A stretch of DNA of 64,000 nucleotides, taken from NCBI GenBank assembly GCA_964016885.1, contig OZ024757.1, positions 10,106,001 to 10,170,000 on the forward strand. Direction: 5' to 3'. A program made the position numbers and the translations under genes. Positions 59,201-64,000 of the stretch are shown in pieces. Origin of the DNA: Eledone cirrhosa. Taxonomy: Eukaryota. The notes beneath the pieces are model-generated. The model had not been told where the DNA came from. It made no database searches and saw nothing but the letters and a program-made list of their open reading frames with translations. Position 1 is the stretch's first letter. Each line of letters opens with the position of its first letter.

Positions 59201-62200
59201 GTTGCGGTTAAGTTAAGTTGGGGTTAAGTTAAGTTGGGGTTAAGTTAAGTTTGGTTTAAGTTAAGTTGGGGTTAAGTTAAGTTGGGGTTAAGTTAAGTTG
59301 GGATTAGGTTAAGTTGGGGTTAAGTTAAGTTGGGGTTAAGTTAAGTTGTGGTTAATTTAAGTTGGGGTTAAGTTAAGTTGGGGTTAAGTTGGTGTTAAGG
59401 TAAGTTGGGGTTAAGTTAAGTTGGGGTTAAGTTAAGTTGGGGTTAAGTTAAGTTGGGGTTAACTTAAGTTGGGGTTAACTTAAGTTGGGGTTAAGTTAAG
59501 TTGGGGTTCAGTTAAGTTGGGGTTAAGTTAAGTTGGGGTTAAGTTAAGTTGGGGTTGATTTAACTTGGGGTTGAGTTAAGTTGGAGTCGAGTTAAGTTGG
59601 GGTTGAGTTAAGTTGGGGTTAAATTAAGTTGGGGTTAAGTTAAGTTGGGGTTGAGTTAAGTTGGGGTTGATTTAACTTGGGGTTGAGTTAAGTTGGAGTC
59701 GAGTTAAGTTGGGGTTGAGTTAAGTTGGGGTTAAATTAAGTTGGGGTTAAGTTAAGTTGGAGTTAAGTTAAGTTGGGGTTAAGTTGGGGTTAAGTTAAGT
59801 TGGCGTTAAATTAAATTGGGGTTAAGTTAAGTTGGGGTTACGTTAAGTTGGGGTTAAGTTAAGTTGGGGTTAAGTCAAGTTGGGGTTAAATCAAGTTGGG
59901 GTTAACTTAAGTTTGGATTAACTTAAGTTGGGTTAACTTAAGTTGGGGTTAAGTTGGGCTTAACTTAAGTTGGGGTTAAGTTAAGTTGGGGTTGAGTTAA
60001 GTTGGGGTTGAGTTAAGTTGGGGTTGAGTTAAGTTGGGGTTGAGTTAAGTTGGGGTCGAGTTAAGTTGGGGTTGAGTTAAGTTGGGGTTAAGTTAAGTTG
60101 GGGTTAAGTTAAGTTGGGGTTAAGTTAAGTTGGGATTAGGTTAAGTTGGGGTTAAGTTAAGTTGGGGTTAAGTTAAGTCGGAGTAAAGTTAAGTTGGGGT
60201 TAAGTTAAGTCGGGGGTAAGTTAAGTTGTGGTTAAGTTAAGTTGGGGTTAAGTTGGGGTTAAGTTAAGTTGGGGTTGAGTTAAGTTGGGGTTGAATTAAG
60301 TTGGGATTGAGTTAAGTTGGAGTTAAGTTAAGTTGGGGTTAAGTTAAGTTGGGGTTAAGTTAAGTTGGCGTTAAATTAAGTTGGGGTTAAGTTAAGTTGG
60401 GGTTACGTTAAGTTGGGGTTAAGTTAAGTTGGGGTTAAGTCAAGTTGGGGTTAAATCAAGTTGGGGTTAACTTAAGTTTGGATTAACTTAAGTTGGGTTA
60501 ACTTAAGTTGGGATTAAGTTGGGGTTAACTTAAGTTGGGGTTAAGTTAAGTTGGGGTTGAGTTAAGTTGGGGTTGAGTTAAGTTGGGGTTGAGTTAAGTT
60601 GGGGTTAAGTTAAGTTGGGGTTAAGTTAAGTTGGGGTTAAGTTAAGTTGGGATTAGATTAAGTAGGAGTTAAGTTAAGTTGGGGTTAAGTTAAGTTGTGG
60701 TTAAGTTAAGTTGGGGTTAAGTTAAGTTGGGGTTAAGTTAAGTTGGGGTTAACTTAAGTTGGGTTAACTTAAGTTGGGATTAAGTTGGGGTTAACTTAAG
60801 TTGGGGTTAAGTTAAGTTGAGGCTAAGTTAAGTTGGGGCTGAGTTAACTTGGGGTTAAGTTAAGTTGGGGTTAAGTTAAGTTGGGGTTAAGGTAAGTTGG
60901 GGTTAAGTTAAGTTGGGGTTAAGTTAAGTTGGGGTTAACTTAAGTTGGGGTTAACTTAAGTTGGGGTTAAGTTGGGGTTAACTTAAGTTGGGGTTAATTT
61001 AAGTTGGGGTTGAGTTAATTTGGGGTTGATTTCAGTTTGGGCTGAGTTAAGTTGGGGTCGAGTTAAGTTGGGGTTGTGTTAAGTTGGGGTTAAGTTAAGT
61101 TGGGGTTAAGTTAAGTTGGGGTTGAGTTAAGTTGGGATCGAGGTAAGTTGGGGTTGAGTTAAGTTGGGGTTAAGTTAAGTTCGGGTTAACTTAAGTTGGG
61201 GTTAAGTTAAGTTGGGGTTAAGTTAAGTTGGGGTTAAGTTAAGTTGGGGTTAAGTTAAGTTGGGGTTAAGTTAAGTTGGGGTTAAGTTAAGTTGGGGTTA
61301 AGTTAAGTTGGGGTTGAGTTAAGTTAGGGTCGAGTTAAGTTGGGGTTGAGTTAATTTGGGGTTGAATTAAGTTGGGGTTAGGTTAAGTTGGGGTTAAGTT
61401 AAATTTGGTTTAAGTTAAGTTGGGGTTAAGTTAAGTTGGGGTTAAGTTAAGTTGGGATTAGATTAAGTTGGGGTTAAGTTAAGTTGGGGTTGAGTTAAGT
61501 TGGGGTTAAGTTAAGTTGGCGTTAAGTTAAGTTGGGGTTAAGTTAAGTTGGGGTTAAGTTAAGTTGGGGTTAAGTTAAGTTGGGGTTAAGTTAAGTTGGG
61601 GTTAAGTTAAGTTGGAGTTAAGTTAAGTTGGGGTTAAGTCAAGTTGGGGTTGAGTTAATTTGGGGTTAAGTTAAGTTGGGGTTAAGTTAAGTTGGAGTTA
61701 AGTTAAGTTGGGGTTAAGTCAAGTTGGGGTTGAGTTAATTTGGGGTTGAATTAAGTTGGGGTTAGGTTAAGTTGGGGTTAAGTTAAGTTTGGTTTAAGTT
61801 AAGTTGGGGTTAAGTTAAGTTGGGGTTAAGTTAATTTGGGGTTAAGTTAAGTTGGGGTTGAGTTAAGTTGGGGTTGATTTAAGTTGGGGTTGAATTAAGT
61901 TGGGGTCGAGTTAAGTTGGGGTTGAGTTAAGTTGGGGTTAAGTTAAGTTGGGGTTAAGTTAAGTTGGAGTTAAGTTAAGTTGGGGTTAAGTTAAGTTGGG
62001 GTTAAGTTAAGTCGGAGTAAAGTTAAGTTGGGGTTAAGTTAAGTTGGGGGTAAGTTAAGTTGTGGTTAAGTTAAGTTGGGGTTAAGTTGGGGTTAAGTTA
62101 AGTTGGGGTTGAGTTAAGTTGGGGTTGAATTAAGTTGGGATTGAGTTAAGTTGGAGTTAAGTTAAGTTGGGGTTAAATTAAGTTGGGGGTAAGTTAAGTT

Positions 62201-62880
62201 GTGGTTAAGTTAAGTTGGGGTTAAGTTGGGGTTAAGTTAAGTTGGGGTTGAGTTAAGTTGGGGTTGAATTAAGTTGGGATTGAGTTAAGTTGGAGTTAAG
62301 TTAAGTTGGGGTTAAGTTAAGTTGGGGTTAAGTTAAGTTGGCGTTAAATTAAGTTGGGGTTAAGTTAAGTTGGGGTTACGTTAAGTTGGGGTTAAGTTAA
62401 GTTGGGGTTAAGTCAAGTTGGGGTTAAATCAAGTTGGGGTTAACTTAAGTTTGGATTAACTTAAGTTGGGTTAACTTAAGTTGGGATTAAGTTGGGGTTA
62501 ACTTAAGTTGGGGTTAAGTTAAGTTGGGGTTGAGTTAAGTTGGGGTTGAGTTAAGTTGGGGTTGAGTTAAGTTGGGGTTAAGTTAAGTTGGGGTTAAGTT
62601 AAGTTGGGGTTAAGTTAAGTTGGGATTAGATTAAGTAGGAGTTAAGTTAAGTTGGGGTTAAGTTAAGTTGTGGTTAAGTTAAGTTGGGGTTAAGTTAAGT
62701 TGGGGTTAAGTTAAGTTGGGGTTAACTTAAGTTGGAGTTAAGTTAAGTTGGGGTTAAGTTAAGTTGAGGCTAAGTTAAGTTGGGGCTGAGTTAACTTGGG
62801 GTTAAGTTAAGTTGGGGTTAAGTTAAGTTGGGGTTAAGGTAAGTTGGGGTTAAGTTAAGTTGGGGTTAAGTTAAGTTGGG
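47300..62880 (+). repeat. Long-range duplication, offset 12478 bp (~47300-50400 vs ~59780-62880)
   Basis: CGGAGT at 47701/60179 and 49535/62013, CGGGTTAAC at 48704/61182, and GGCGTTAAATTAAATT (C at 47326/59804). All offsets are 12478 bp. Confidence 0.85.
51970..55980 (+). repeat. Segmental duplication, offset 2576 bp (~51970-53400 vs ~54545-55980)
   Basis: The private marker GGAATTAGG (first A at 52801/55377) and CGGA at 52163/54739 share the same offset. Confidence 0.8.
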
Positions 62881-64000
62881 GTTAACTTAAGTTGGGGTTA
62901 ACTTAAGTTGGGGTTAAGTTGGGGTTAACTTAAGTTGGGGTTAATTTAAGTTGGGGTTGAGTTAAGTTGGGGTTGATTTCAGTTTGGGTTGAGTTAAGTT
63001 GGGGTCGAGTTAAGTTGGGGTTGTGTTAAGTTGGGGTTAAGTTAAGTTGGGGTTAAGTTAAGTTGGGGTTGAGTTAAGTTGGGATCGAGGTAAGTTGGGG
63101 TTGAGTTAAGTTGGGGTTAAGTTAAGTTGGGGTTAACTTAAGTTGGGGTTAACTTAAGTTGGGGTTAAGTTAAGTTGGGGTTAAGTTAAGTTGGGGTTAA
63201 GTTAAGTTGGGGTTAAGTTAAGTTGGGGTTAAGTTAAGTTGGGGTTGAGTTAAGTTAGGGTCGAGTTAAGTTGGGGTTGAGTTAATTTGGGGTTGAATTA
63301 AGTTGGGGTTAGGTTAAGTTGGGGTTAAGTTAAATTTGGTTTAAGTTAAGTTGGGGTTAAGTTAAGTTGGGGTTAAGTTAAGTTGGGATTAGATTAAGTT
63401 AGGGTTAAGTTAAGTTGGGGTTGAGTTAAGTTGGGGTTAAGTTAAGTTGGCGTTAAGTTAAGTTGGGGTTAAGTTAAGTTGGGGTTAAGTTAAGTTGGGG
63501 TTAAGTTAAGTTGGGGTTAAGTTAAGTTGGGGTTAAGTTAAGTTGGAGTTAAGTTAAGTTGGGGTTAAGTCAAGTTGGGGTTGAGTTAATTTGGGGTTAA
63601 GTTAAGTTGGGGTTAAGTTAAGTTGGAGTTAAGTTAAGTTGGGGTTAAGTCAAGTTGGGGTTGAGTTAATTTGGGGTTGAATTAAGTTGGGGTTAGGTTA
63701 AGTTGGGGTTAAGTTAAGTTTGGTTTAAGTTAAGTTGGGGTTAAGTTAAGTTGGGGTTAAGTTAATTTGGGGTTAAGTTAAGTTGGGGTTGAGTTAAGTT
63801 GGGGTTGATTTAAGTTGGGGTTGAATTAAGTTGGGGTCGAGTTAAGTTGGGGTTGAGTTAAGTTGGGGTTAAGTTAAGTTGGGGTTAAGTTAAGTTGGAG
63901 TTAAGTTAAGTTGGGGTTAAGTTAAGTTGGGGTTAAGTTAAGTCGGAGTAAAGTTAAGTTGGGGTTAAGTTAAGTTGGGGGTAAGTTAAGTTGTGGTTAA

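Larger units (their letters stand above)
1..64000 (+). repeat. Tandem satellite array, 16-bp consensus GGGGTTAAGTTAAGTT, with 11-bp (GGGGTTAAGTT) and single-base variants; G-rich strand is +
   Basis: The unit is readable continuously from base 1 to 64000. Consensus composition is 6 G, 6 T, 4 A, 0 C. No non-repeat sequence was seen, and both window ends lie inside the array. Confidence 0.99.

Noticed and set aside
1-64000. Protein-coding ORFs
   Set aside because: TTAA gives TAA on both strands twice per unit, and the 16-bp period cycles through all frames, so every frame is stopped within a few units under the standard code. Frames would open under a TAA=Gln code, but frequent 1-bp and 5-bp indels and the absence of any codon-level constraint argue against coding.
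1-64000. CRISPR array or other repeat-spacer system
   Set aside because: There are no unique spacers. Units abut directly and differ only by point changes or small indels, and there is no cas or leader sequence.
1-64000. Active telomerase-synthesised tract of canonical TTAGGG or TTAGG
   Set aside because: TTAGGG and TTAGG occur only as scattered variants. The degeneracy is inherited in kb-scale blocks, unlike freshly templated telomere.
1-64000. Pure sequencing noise as the source of variants
   Set aside because: The same multi-base variant combinations recur at constant offsets (3918, 4510, 12478 bp), which random error would not produce. Isolated G-run length changes may still be errors.
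1-64000. Promoter or terminator motifs (AT-rich boxes, hairpins)
   Set aside because: Any matches are by-products of the repeat unit, and there is no gene context to support them.

Overview
The whole 64 kb is one G-rich, strand-asymmetric tandem satellite of about 4,000 units, and it runs off both ends of the window. The consensus 16-mer is GGGGTTAAGTTAAGTT, i.e. (TTAAG)2(TTGGGG), with a common 11-mer deletion variant GGGGTTAAGTT. I found no genes, RNA genes, transposons, CRISPR spacers or unique sequence. The structure lies in the variant pattern. (i) A left domain (~1-18.8 kb) and a right domain (~26.4-64 kb) carry different diagnostic variants and are joined by a transition zone. (ii) There are nested higher-order duplications with offsets of ~882, 5585, 3918 (three copies), 4510, 2576 and 12478 bp, read from marker variants. 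(iii) Two 144-bp inverted (C-rich) segments lie at 23120-23263 and 26220-26363. Both breakpoints of each fall in the centre of a TTAA, and each segment is a reverse-complement copy of its own flanking DNA. Uninverted 'pre-event' paralogues exist nearby, so a template-switch event can be reconstructed. The unit resembles telomeric repeats, but the organism and chromosomal position cannot be determined from this window. Coordinates were counted by eye, and duplication and domain boundaries are approximate.
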